The translations under genes were made by a program, and so were the position numbers. From the human T2T-CHM13v2.0 reference genome, Homo sapiens, in assembly GCF_009914755.1 (NCBI RefSeq), contig NC_060929.1: a stretch of 64,000 nt of DNA; one strand, 5' to 3'. Below, one piece after another: positions 1 through 13,874 of this stretch (positions are counted from its first letter, which is position 1; each line of letters begins with the position of its first letter). A model generated the notes under the pieces. It did no database searches, was not told where the DNA came from, and saw only the letters and a list, made by a program, of their open reading frames with translations.

Positions 1-329
1 TGCCATGAGTCTTAAACAGAGCAGAATTGAAAGTGAATGGCTTTTAGGATATACAGCCCTCAATTGCCTCCCCATACCTACCCCTAAAATTCATGACCGT
101 TAGCAACAGCAAAGTTAGGCCCCCTGTGCCAGGCAACAGCCAGGGGAGGGAAATAAAGAGAAAAAACGAAGCAATTAGATGACGTGCCCAAGTAGAGGTG
201 GGTTTTGCAGGGTTTGTTTGTTTTCAGGGATTTTTTTTGGTAGAATTGCCTTATTTAACTGTTAAATTACTACTTTATTATCGAGTTCAATTTTTGCTTT
301 TTTCCCTCTTCTTCTTTTGTTCTGATTTT

Positions 330-604
330 AAGATAGTCTCACTCTGTCACCCAGGCTGCAGTCTACAAACACGACTCACTGCAGCCTCAACCTCCTGGGA
401 TCAAGCGATCCTCCCACCTTTGCCACCTGTATAACTGGGACCACAGCCATGCACCACCACAACCAGCTAATTAAAATTCTTTTTTAGAGACAGGGGTATC
501 GCTTTCTTGCCCAAGTTGGTCTTGAACTCATGGGCTCAAGTGATCCTCCCATCTAGGCCTCCCAAAGTGCTGGGATTACAGGCGTGAGCCACCATGCCCG
601 GCCT
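330..604 (-). mobile_element. Alu (old, AluJ-like), antisense
   Basis: tctcactctgtcacccaggctg ... cctcccaaagtgctgggattacaggcgtgagccacc matches the Alu consensus in reverse; boundaries approximate. Confidence 0.9.
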
Positions 605-1479
605 CAGTTTTTTCCATCTACAGGTTGTAGTGCATCGGTGAATGATGAAATCATTTTGATAGGTCAGAACTGGGTTGTTTAAAAATGCAACAGGTGGGGG
701 TGCATCACAGTTCAAAGGAGAAGTGTTGTTTCTCAGTTGTGTGTTGTTTGTACCCAGTTATGTTGTAAAGTGCACTGCTGACTGGGGGTCATGAGTAGAA
801 ATTTGAAAAACACTGGACTATAGTTTGCTCTATGATAGAGAAGGGTTTCTTTTAACACCTTCACTGTTTTTAACATATTTATTTTGACTGTATTCACTTG
901 GTATTTGATTGCCTTAGCTAGATGAATCAGGGTAAATAGCCTTTTTCAGATATTTCCCTGCTCTTTCCACTATAAATTTCCTGAACTCATATAGCATGTT
1001 TAACCCATACATGTAATAGTAACGTCCTTCAGGGTATACACCATATGAGTAGGTCACATTTAATCTACATTCTAAACTATTGCTGAGCATCGTACTCCAT
1101 CCTCTGCATCCAAACAGTTGCTCAATAAATACACAGCTTAGCATGGGGAATGAGCCCTCCGTAGCTTTCGAGTTACAAGAGCACCATCTTCTGGCGAAAT
1201 ATTTTCTTTGTAGGGAGAATGTCAAAGACCTACCAAAAATGTCCTGATTTTTCTAGCAAAAATTATAATTACATCACAAATACTTTGAAATTCTGTAGAG
1301 CTCCTTGCTTCATTCAGGAGTTTCGCTTCATTTCCCCTCTGAGAAGTGGTCTTTCTGTTCCTTAGCAGTGAAAGCAGTCAGCCTGTCCTTCCTGGTTTTC
1401 CGTTAAACTAAGCCGGTTTCAAGTTTCAGCTCCTCCTTGAATTCCAGGCTGCTGAGACTTCCCTCTAGAATCCTCCAAC

Positions 1480-1683
1480 ATGGAGCCTCTTGCAGCTTAC
1501 CCGCTAAAATGTTCCGGGCCCAGAGCAAAGGTATTTGCAGTTTTGCTGTCTATAGTTCTATGCACAGTAACGCTATTTCTTCTACAACTAAAATTCCTCA
1601 AACCTAAAATCAACAGCTTTTATGCCTTTGAAGTGAAGGATGCAAAAGGAAGAACTGTTTCTCTGGAAAAGTATAAAGGCAAA
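1480..1683 (+). CDS. GPX8: Glutathione peroxidase 8, coding exon 1 (aa 1-68; N-terminal transmembrane anchor)
   Basis: ATG at 1480, [39 protein letters not shown]...SLEKYKGK; hydrophobic TM stretch; GTAAGT donor at 1684, phase 0. Confidence 0.97.
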
Positions 1684-2280
1684 GTAAGTTGCATCATCTG
1701 ATTTTTATTGTTATCATTTTTCCTTGTCTCTGTTTATTCCTCTTAATAAAATCAATTTTTTGCTGTTACATGGTCATAAGTTGGAATTTAGTCTTCAGAG
1801 TAATGGTATTAGTACATCACTTTAGTTATTACAGTTCTGATAGTTTGCTTCTAAATAATAAATTCCGATTATCTCGTTTTCTTTAAAATGCTTTAATTTT
1901 GTGCTGAATTGACATGTAAAGTTGTTTGGAAAATACTTATAGTTAGTAATGTGAACATGATGACATTTATTAATAAAAGTATTGGTTCTATAATCTAATA
2001 ACTTTAAAAAGAACTTATCAAGGATCATAGTTTTATCTTTAATTTAAAAATAAACTTTCATGAGTATCTAATGCTTTTTTAATGGCAGTACTATTTCAGG
2101 GCCTTAACCCAGGCATCTAGGTTACAGTTTTCAATAGAACTGTGTATGTCCAAAAATATGAAAAAAACATCAATCAGAGGTTATAGTCCCCCCCAAATTG
2201 TTTAGGATTTTAACTACTTGCAGAATTTTTTAAAATCTTTTGCTTCACTTTCCGGTTGGATTTTTTTCTTTTTCCGGGAG

Positions 2281-2542
2281 GTTTCACTAGTTGTAAACGT
2301 GGCCAGTGACTGCCAACTCACAGACAGAAATTACTTAGGGCTGAAGGAACTGCACAAAGAGTTTGGACCATCCCACTTCAGCGTGTTGGCTTTTCCCTGC
2401 AATCAGTTTGGAGAATCGGAGCCCCGCCCAAGCAAGGAAGTAGAATCTTTTGCAAGAAAAAACTACGGAGTAACTTTCCCCATCTTCCACAAGATTAAGA
2501 TTCTAGGATCTGAAGGAGAACCTGCATTTAGATTTCTTGTTG
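2281..2542 (+). CDS. GPX8: GPX8 coding exon 2 (catalytic Cys79, FPCNQFG motif)
   Basis: Polypyrimidine tract then AG at 2279-2280. Encodes [11 protein letters not shown] (TGC at 2311-2313, i.e. Cys not Sec) ...[13 protein letters not shown] (Ser114 where most GPx have Gln). GT donor at 2543. Confidence 0.97.
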
Positions 2543-3400
2543 GTAAATATCTGCCTTGCATATGCTGTTTTAAATTGCTTTTCATTTTTAAACAATTATA
2601 CCAGGACAATACTTTCCTATTTCATTTGAAACGTTGTATCGGGAAAGCTTCATAAAACTATCATCAAAGAGCCAGAATCTCATCCTTTGTAACTTCTAGG
2701 AGTTATGCTCCCCTGAAATCAATGTTTTAGCTTCTTAGATGGTAAAAGAATTCTATTCCAATATATTTTATTCCTTATTACCATCTTCCTGAAGAATTTA
2801 CTTAAAGTGTGCCCATGGCTATTTTCACAAAATATCTTAATTCTCCTCTCTTGTAACTAGCATCTGGAGAAATGTCCCTTCCCGTCATTATAGCCACACA
2901 GCTCTCATGAATAGTGCTGGGCATTATTAGTTAACATATGTTTGTGGCTAATTTTATGTTGTCTTTCTTATCTGAAACAATATTCTCAAAGATGAATATG
3001 TCAGCTTACCAGATTTTTGCTAAAATCCAAAAACATATAACTTGGTTTTTTCAGAGGGCAGTAGTGTTAGGCTATTTCTCCAATTAAGCTAGCTACAGAA
3101 ATCTGTTTAAAGACTTGCCAAGGTCACTTAGCACAAAGGTCATGAGGCATACAGACAGCATAGGCTTTGGCCTCAAGCTACCTGGGTTCAAACCCCTGCT
3201 CTTTTGTTTTTGCTATGTGGCTTCTTAACTTCTCTGTGCCTGTTTCTCATTTGTAAAATGGGCTATCAATAGTACCGCCTTCTTAAGATTGTTTGGAATT
3301 AAGTCTGTTAATAGTAAAAATAAAGTACTTATACACTGCTTGCTCTGTGCCAGACACTGTTCTAAACCATATTAGTCAAAAAAAAAAAAAAAAAAAAAAA

Positions 3401-3697
3401 GGCCGGGCGCGGTGGCTCACGCCTGTAATCCCAGCACTTTAGGAGGCCGAGGCAGGCAGATCACTTAAGGTCAGGAGTTAGAGACTAGCCTGGCCAATAT
3501 GGTGAAACCCCATCTCTATTAATAGTACAAAAATTAGCCAGGTGTGGTGGTGGGCACCTGTAATCCCAGCTATTCAGGAGGCTGAGGCAGGAGAATCGCT
3601 TGAACCCAGAGGCAGAGGTTGCAGTGAGCTGAAATCGCGCTACTGCACTCCAGCCTGGGCGACAGAGCAAGCCTGCATCTTAAATAAATAAATAAAG
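3401..3697 (+). mobile_element. Alu (AluS-like) in GPX8 intron 2
   Basis: ggccgggcgcggtggctcacgcctgtaatcccagc... two arms, (TAAA)n tail; preceded by an A23 run. Confidence 0.93.
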
Positions 3698-4524
3698 GAC
3701 ATTAGCTAATGTTCTCTCATCTAACTTATTCTGATGACATCTTCAGTCCTATTTTCACTGTAAATAAGTTGAGTTTTGATCAAACTATTACCTCACTCAG
3801 GCAATCAAGCTTCTAATCCAACAAACCAAATAGTGATCTATAATATTTCACATAAATGTGAAGTCAGAATCTTCTAAAAACATTATATTTAATTTCTAGG
3901 GAAAGTTGATATAATGCCTAACGCCATAAATGGCAACCACAGTGAGGTCTTTATTCCTCTTATTTTGAAGGTCCACTGAGGAAAGAAAAGCCCAAGCACA
4001 TGCCATTGAACTAATCATTCTTCAGTTACAGCAGCCAGATACGTGGGTGCAATAGCTCATAGGTTATTTCTCTTTATCACTACAAACCTTCTAAAACCCT
4101 TCTTAGCCTGTGTAATCAAAAAGGTAACAGTGAGTTAAGGTGTCATTCCACTTAGATAGGAAGGATCATAGAGCCCAAAGGTTAAGAGCATGAGCTCTGG
4201 AGTAAAAGGCCCGTATATCAATCCTGGCTCAACCACTCATTAGCCACGTGACCTTGTGTCTAGGCTTCCATTTATCTCATCTGCAAAACGGGGATGATAA
4301 TAATACCCACCTCATAGGGTCCCTGTAAGATTAAAAGAGAGGATCAATTTGAAGCACGGAGCGTACATTAATCTGGCACATAGTAAGCACTTCATAAATT
4401 TTAGTTATAATTATTATATTTTTCCTCATGTTAGTCAATAAAATGAACATAAATCTTGAGTGGTATAAATAGAAAAAAAATCTACATTTCTTACATAAAT
4501 TAAGATTTATCAAAAGGATATCAT

Positions 4525-5093
<569 letters not shown>

Positions 5094-5341
5094 TACTTTG
5101 CTTCATTTCTTGATACTAAGATCACATACTAGATGAGTAGACTCATAGGTGAAGTCATCAAGTATATTGAAATCTGGTTACTCTAACCTTGAGTTTCACT
5201 TCGTTTGGGTGTTTTGTTTTTTATATTATGACAGTCCTAGAACTTGATACTAAAGTTATCATTTATGCAGATACTAATAGAAGTGAAAATCTTGACAAAG
5301 AATAAAATTATGCTCATGAAAATATGTTCTGGATATTTTAG

Positions 5342-5505
5342 ATTCTTCAAAGAAGGAACCAAGGTGGAATTTTTGGAAGTATCTTGTCAACCCTGAGGGT
5401 CAAGTTGTGAAGTTCTGGAAGCCAGAGGAGCCCATTGAAGTCATCAGGCCTGACATAGCAGCTCTGGTTAGACAAGTGATCATAAAAAAGAAAGAGGATC
5501 TATGA
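5342..5505 (+). CDS. GPX8: GPX8 coding exon 3 (WNF motif, C-terminal KEDL, stop)
   Basis: AG at 5340-5341; (D)[25 protein letters not shown]...[11 protein letters not shown]; exons sum 204+262+164=630 nt = 209 aa + stop. Confidence 0.97.
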
Positions 5506-5571
5506 GAATGCCATTGCGTTTCTAATAGAACAGAGAAATGTCTCCATGAGGGTTTGGTCTCATTTTAAACA

Positions 5572-5653
5572 TTTTTTTTTTGGAGACAGTGTCTCACTCT
5601 GTCACCCAGGCTGGAGTGCAGTAGTGCGTTCTCAGCTCATTGCAACCTCTGCC
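5572..5653 (-). mobile_element. 5'-truncated Alu fragment in GPX8 3'UTR
   Basis: T-run then gagacagtgtctcactctgtcacccaggctggagtgcag...; flanked by direct repeat ttttaaacat. Confidence 0.85.
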
Positions 5654-8033
5654 TTTTTAAACATGCTATTAAATGTGGCAATGAAGGATTTTTTTTTAAT
5701 GTTATCTTGCTATTAAGTGGTAATGAATGTTCCCAGGATGAGGATGTTACCCAAAGCAAAAATCAAGAGTAGCCAAAGAATCAACATGAAATATATTAAC
5801 TACTTCCTCTGACCATACTAAAGAATTCAGAATACACAGTGACCAATGTGCCTCAATATCTTATTGTTCAACTTGACATTTTCTAGGACTGTACTTGATG
5901 AAAATGCCAACACACTAGACCACTCTTTGGATTCAAGAGCACTGTGTATGACTGAAATTTCTGGAATAACTGTAAATGGTTATGTTAATGGAATAAAACA
6001 CAAATGTTGAAAAATGTAAAATATATATACATAGATTCAAATCCTTATATATGTATGCTTGTTTTGTGTACAGGATTTTGTTTTTTCTTTTTAAGTACAG
6101 GTTCCTAGTGTTTTACTATAACTGTCACTATGTATGTAACTGACATATATAAATAGTCATTTATAAATGACCGTATTATAACATTTGAAAAAGTCTTCAT
6201 CATTTTCAGTATTTCTCTCTGCATTATTTTTTAGAAGCAACTCAAATTCTGTAATCATAATATTACCAAGTAAGTCAGTCTTTATTTTTGCGTGAAAATC
6301 CCAAGTGTAGAAAAAAGGACATGAGTATAAGATCATTTAACTTGATTCCTTATAGGCTGATTTGGGTTGCTAATGTATTCGTACTAGATTAGCCACTTGG
6401 GAGGAATTCAATGCTGCATCATTCTGATAGCTGAAATAGTAAAAGTCAACTCCAAACAGCCTAAATTCTAGTATAAAAAGGGGGTGATCATACAAGTCCT
6501 AAAGTGTAGATCAGCAGTCACTGAACCTCTTAGAGTCACAAGGCATTTCTTCTCCCAAAGTCATGACCTTTATATTTTGTTAGCCTTATAATTGACTAAC
6601 AAAGCAACCTGCCAAGTTGGTGAAGGTTAATTATTGCCTCATGAAATATACATTCATCGCATAAAAGAATTAAATAGGAAGATGGCCAAAAATGTAAAAA
6701 AGTCGTATAAATTTGTCTAAGAAGAAAAAGACCCAATTTAAGTAGTCTGTGACTTGACTCCCAAATTCTGACCTGATGGATGAAAGTGAAGATGTTTCGT
6801 ATGGCAAATTCAGTAATGCTACCTCAGTATATAGTTCTGTATACGTATTTGGACCAAAGTTATTAGATAAACCAAAAATATTTCATGAAGCATCTTCTGC
6901 TTCAGAGTCCATATCCAGCCACCCAGCTATGAATGTATTTAGAAAGATATTTGGTGGAGGTGGAATTTCTACCAGAGGTCAAGAGGATTTGTAGGGATAG
7001 CCTCAAGAATGCCAGATGAGTGTGTCAGAAAGCCTGCTCCTACCTCTCGCCAGCTGCGTGACTTTAGGCAAGTCACTTAAGTACCTTATTTCAGTTTCCT
7101 CACCTGTAAATTGAACAGGGGTTGAATGGAATAAAAAGCCCTTTGCAACTCTAAAAGTCAATTAACACACTTACTAAGGTGTTTTAAGTGACCAGGAAGG
7201 AAATCAGAACTAACCTGGATTGTTAGCGAAGAAAACAGAAGCCACCAACAAGCCTATCTGTCCTTTGCAATTTTGCTCCAAGAGCCTATTAGCAATTTGA
7301 ATTCTGAGCCTCTAAGAAAACTTATGCTCAGGTGGCCCCTCCAAGTGTTGGTGCCAGAGCACTCTTGCCTTGTATCCTCACCTACGCCTTCCATGAACTC
7401 ATAGCAGTGCTGTGGCACTGCAGGGGTGTTTTATGCATTCACGTTAGGAGCATGAGCAGAACTGCATATGCCAGCACCACATGGGCAGCAGAGACTCCCC
7501 ACTGCCAGATGGATGATAATGGAGCTGCACTGGGAACAACCAGGACTGTCCCAGTCAACATGATACAGATGAACATCCTGCCTTAAGTCACTAGCTCTCT
7601 CCAAAGCCAGATAAAGTGGGTTTCTTCACTTACATCTCTCTAATCTTGGCTGCCTTATTCAACCTACAGACTCTATGTCAGTGCTGGATTTTCTCCCCTT
7701 GCCCTTTAGGTAAGCAGAGTAGGCAGGAGGAGATTTGAAAGCGTGTCATACATATTGCCTTGAAAGAAAGGACATTCAGGTGTCCCTTCGGGGTTCTGTA
7801 ACAATTAGGCTATGTGTGCTGAGAGAGGGAGCGGAGTCATTTGCTGATGTGCTGCTACCTGTAACTCAAATGCCTCATAGGAATACCAGCGGACAAACAC
7901 ATAGAGGAAAAGTTGAATCTTTCCTATATTGGACAATCTTCCTTCAGTCTTGTTTCTGCATCAAAAAGTCTGGGACACAGAGTGCTACAGGATGCCTGGG
8001 CTAAGGACTGTAACAGAAAAATATCAACATCAG

Positions 8034-8360
<327 letters not shown>

Positions 8361-8865
8361 TCAGGCATCACATGAAAGAGTATTCAGCTGTCGTTCTTGT
8401 GAAAAAGGAAAAGGACAAAATCAAATGCATTTTAACTGTGGTAACTAATTCACTGACTTGAAGTTTGCTTTGTTTGTTTTCTTTGGTGCGTAGAGAAGAA
8501 TACTTCATACTAACTCCTGATCATCTTACAGCAGACATAACAACAGAGTGTTAGAGACTGGAATAAATATGAATTTGGCTGAAATGTGCCCTGAAAGTTG
8601 TATTTCATTTTTTTAAATGTTTAACAATTACACTGTATCAATAGTATATATACGTGTACATATATATAATTCTTAATAACTGCAGTGTATCTAGCATATA
8701 TATAATGGTGGCTGGTACATGTTTAATAGCAGACTCTGGAGGAGGAATCCTGACATACAGCATTTGCCAGCTCAATGTAAATGCTCATGCTCCCTCATGG
8801 TCAATTTCAATCTACCACTGGTTTAGTAACTAGGATGCAAAATTTCTAAAAATGTGATAATTGGT

Positions 8866-9282
8866 GATGGGCATGATGGCTCAGGCCTGTAATATCAGCA
8901 CTTTAAGCAGCTGAGGTGGGAGGATCACTTGAGCCCAGGAGTTAGAGACCAGCCTGGGGCAACATGGCAAAACCCTGTCTCCACAAAAAAAATCAAAAAA
9001 TTAGCTGGGTGTAGTGGCACATGCCTCAGGTCCCAGCTACATAGGAGGCTGAGGTGGAAGGATTGCTTGAGCCCAAAGAGGTCAAGGCTGCAGTGAGCCG
9101 ACATGGCTCCACTGAACTCCAGGCTGGGCAACAGAGCGAGACCCCATCTCTACAAAAAAAATTTTTAAATTAGCCAGGTGCGGTAGCACACACCTGTGGT
9201 TCCAGCTACTCAGGAGGCTGAGGTGAGAGGATTGCTTAAGCCCAGGAGGTAGAGGCTGTAGTGAGCCATGATTGCACCACAT
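8866..9282 (+). mobile_element. AluJ-like element followed by an extra right-arm fragment
   Basis: Three successive Alu arm segments separated by A-rich linkers. Confidence 0.8.
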
Positions 9283-10019
9283 TGATTTGTGGTGTTCCTT
9301 TGAAAGAAAAATGACATGTTTGGGTGGAGCTGATATGAGGACACTCTATCCATATTTAGTCCTCTGCTTGATTTTATCTTTCCCATCAAATAAAATTCTA
9401 ATAATTGTTAGGCCTAGAAACTAATCCACCACACTCCTTCCCACTCTTCCCTTCCCCTCATCCAGCTGAACTGTTAAGGCTGTCTCTTGCAGAGCAGTGC
9501 AGGGGAATAAAAAGCAGCAGAGAGAGAGAAATTAGGAAGCTATCACTATAATAGTGACAGGTTCAGAGGGCAGCGATGGGAAGTAGTGACATTCCCAGCA
9601 CCAGTGAACAGCCAAGAGACTGCCCCAAGAGAAAACACCTGGGAGAAAATACTTTGCCATCAGCAGAACCTCCCTCCTCTTTTTACCATCCCTTTTCCCT
9701 CTGCTTGACCCTTGACATCCCAGTGTGTATCCCTTTCTTTCCCTCTCCCACCTATGGAAACATTTTCTCTTTTAATTTGTATCTTCACTTTCCTCCTAAC
9801 CCATTCATCTCTTTAACATATTTTTTATTTCTTTAACATATTTTTATTTCATTCCATTCCTTCCCTCTTTTCTCATCATCTCGATAATATGAGACTAAAC
9901 CACAACTTTAAATGTCTTCTGTTTATTGAATATAAAGTTGGTTTCCCTACAGAATCAAAAGTTCTAAAAAAGAAAACTTAAAAAAATTTAAGTTGGCATT
10001 TTCAGAAACAGAAAATCAA

Positions 10020-10268
10020 TTACGGCATGTTCCTCACTTCTAAGTGGGAGCTAAACAATGGGTACACATGGACATGAAGATGGAAACAGTAGACACTGGG
10101 GACTCCAGAAGGGGTAGAAGGAAGGAATACAAGGACTGAAAAACTATCTATTGGGTACAATGTTCACTATTTGGGTGATAGGTTCACTAGAAGCCCAAAC
10201 CCCAGCATCGCCTATTATATTTATGTAACAAACCTGCACATGTACCCCCTGGATCTAAAATAAAATAA
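10020..10268 (+). mobile_element. LINE-1 3' end fragment
   Basis: gcatgttcctcacttctaagtgggagctaaac ... gtaacaaacctgcacatgtaccccctggatctaaaataaaa is the typical L1 3' terminus. Confidence 0.85.
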
Positions 10269-11118
10269 AGTTGGCATTTTATATCTTGCTCTTTAATTTA
10301 AAAAAACTAACACACAAAAGCCAAAGCTTCTAAATTTAGTAGGTTTTATTTTTATCACTAGGTCAGTGATTCTTTATAGAAAATAACATGTTGAAATTTA
10401 ACCTTAAAAAAAGACAAGATGAAAATAATATTTACATGGAAGATATACTTAAACATAAATCTCCTGAAAGTGAATAACACTGGGCAACATCAAAAAGAGG
10501 ATGTGATTTGAAAGTAGTAAAATGCGTAAGAATCAAATTATAGATATCTATTTAACCCATGTTCTAGAAATATGTTTAAATAAGGAAAGCATAAAAATTA
10601 TTTTACCAATAACTTATAATCCAGTACAGTAGAGAATGCGAAATATTTCTTATATCTCATCTATGGCTTAACTAACTGATGGCACCACCAAAGTCAGTTC
10701 CACTGACTGGCTGCAAATGTCCGCACAAGAATACTGCATGTCTGGAAGCCAGCACATATCTATGCTACTTCGTGGGTCAAAATGCCTCCAAGGTAATGAG
10801 AATATATTTAAGGTCATATTGTATGGTCAGTTCTTCCCACTTCACAAGTTGTTAGATCTCATGCTGTCTTCCAAATATTTCATGAACCTGTGATTTTACA
10901 GAAAATGAAGTGAAAGGATTGAGGTAGATCTTCCAAAAAAATGTAAACCATCCCCCACCCAAAAAAAATCCCCAATATTCTTGATATTTCAAGTGAAAAA
11001 TGTTTTAGTTGACTGACTCATCTGGAAAATTACCTCAACTTTCCCTTCAGTTGGTACACACACAGTCATGGCTATAGAAACCAATTCTAATGCTGTATTT
11101 AGAAACTAATGATGCAGA

Positions 11119-11502
<384 letters not shown>

Positions 11503-11818
11503 CTAAACCTTATAGTTAAAAACATGTAATTTCATAAATACTTAAACACTGTCTACTCCGAAAGACTCCAAAGACTCCAAAAATATTTCTTAAAAATTTT
11601 TAGTTATGGAAAAGCAGGCATAAGTAAATTTTTCTTAAAAGGAAAAAATTTAAGTAATTGTAATACTTTCCTTACCATTATAAAACTGTGCATTGTAAGT
11701 ATTACTGTATTATAAGCTAATGGCAATAATATATTATGGTAAATAGTGGCTTGCTTCATAGCAGAAAGTACACATAAACACACACTAATTACAGATTCAG
11801 TTACACTCTGATGTTCAT

Positions 11819-11909
11819 TGTATATGCAATAAGACAGCAGTTGCATGTTAGCCGATGCCATTCACATATTCAACCAGCTAACAATACACTGCCAGCTCAT
11901 CACACACAG
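11819..11909 (-). ncRNA. MIR449A: pre-miR-449a; mature 5p at 11873-11894 (UGGCAGUGUAUUGUUAGCUGGU)
   Basis: Reverse complement matches the recognised mature miR-449a; the 3p arm (GGCUAACAUGCAACUGCUG) pairs to form a hairpin; miR-34-family seed GGCAGUG. Confidence 0.97.
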
Positions 11910-11932
11910 GTATCCAGAGCACTTCATTGACA

Positions 11933-12029
11933 AGAAGAATTTATCCAGAAGCAAGTGGCAGGGTAGTTGTGGCTGCTGACTTGACCCAAGCAGCCAGCTA
12001 ACAATACACTGCCTACCTGATTCAGGTCA
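11933..12029 (-). ncRNA. MIR449B: pre-miR-449b; mature 5p at 11993-12014 (AGGCAGUGUAUUGUUAGCUGGC)
   Basis: Recognised mature sequence; complementary 3p arm CAGCCACAACUACCCUGCC; starts 24 nt from the 449a hairpin. Confidence 0.97.
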
Positions 12030-12318
12030 CTGCCGATTCTCGTGGCCCAGGCAGTCACTGAGGCTAAATTTGTAACATGAAACATAGTGGCAGAACTCTA
12101 ATCTTAATAGTCACATTAAAGAAAACTTATACACAAAATGTATTACTTCAAGACTATAAGAAATAAAATCAATATTTGCTTGAATCTAGTCAAAAACATA
12201 AAAGTTAAACAAAAACTTTAAAACTTTCAGAATACTTACATTTAGGTTTTCCAAATTAAATGCTTGGATAAAAATATGTTCTACAGTACAAATGAATTTT
12301 AAAAGTTACTTAACTGTA

Positions 12319-12625
<307 letters not shown>

Positions 12626-12893
12626 CTATAGCTTTTCAAATCACTTCTGTTTACTGATCCAAAGACTACTTGTCTGTATTAGACAGTAAAATATCTAGGA
12701 GTCGTGATAATACATAAGCTGTGCACGACACAAAACTGCAGCAGTGTTTGGGGGAAAAAATCAACATTAAAGTATTTAAGAAATGTAAGGGCTTAAATGC
12801 AATTAGTTTTCTCCTACTAGAAATGACATTAGTAATCGAGTTCTGAAAATGCAATTATGTATTCAATATAGGATGTTACCACTTGAATACTGA

Positions 12894-13190
<297 letters not shown>

Positions 13191-13548
13191 TGCAAAATTT
13201 ATATAAGATCTAGAAAAATCTATTAAAATGGTGGTGGATTTGGAACTAGAATCTCTGCGTACAGGTCAAAGGAAGATGAACTATTGAGCCTAGAGAGAAG
13301 CATGGTAAATGGTGACAGAGATTTAAAGCAGATGAAGGCTCTTTATGAAACACGTTTATAAAACCATTTAAATTTGTTTCCTTTTACACTGATTACAGGA
13401 GACACTAAAGACCTTTGGGTTTGGTCTTTCAAGGAGAACAGGTACTACATTGGATCAACTTTAAATTGCTCACGTTAAGAACCATGGTTTATGCCACTTC
13501 TCCACATTGTCCACAAGATGGCACCATTTCCATTTCTTTGGGGGGCGT

Positions 13549-13640
13549 GCTTCTGAATGCAACAGAGAGGAGTGCAACTAGCAACTGTTAAAATCATTAA
13601 CAGCCGCTAGCAATACACTGCCTACCTGACACATCCCAGC
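13549..13640 (-). ncRNA. MIR449C: pre-miR-449c; mature 5p at 13600-13624 (UAGGCAGUGUAUUGCUAGCGGCUGU)
   Basis: Recognised mature sequence; 3p arm ACAGUUGCUAGUUGCACU pairs with it. Confidence 0.96.
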
Positions 13641-13874
13641 TTTATCCTTTGCTGTGGAGGCAGAAACTAGAAAGTACGATTCAGATGCAAACGATTGCAT
13701 TATTTGTCTGGGATCTTCAGTTTCATAAAGAAATTTTTTTTAGTATGTAATAAGATACTAAAATTCTCATATTTTCAGACCAGCTCAAACTTCCTACAAA
13801 TACATTATTTACCAAGAATTCGTTTGTTCAAGATCAGAATTAAAACAGAGAACAAGAACAAGCCCTGGACTCAC

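Noticed and set aside
2311-2313. Possible selenocysteine/SECIS system in the GPx gene
   Set aside because: The catalytic codon is TGC (Cys) and there is no in-frame TGA, so no Sec recoding is needed
9811-9850. Two-copy 20-bp tandem repeat ctttaacatattttttattt
   Set aside because: Ordinary slippage duplication in AT-rich DNA
12026-12058. Extra GGCAGTG beside miR-449b suggesting a fourth miRNA
   Set aside because: Only about a 6-8 bp stem (ACUGCC/GGCAGU) with the seed-like sequence on the 3' side; far too short for a Drosha substrate
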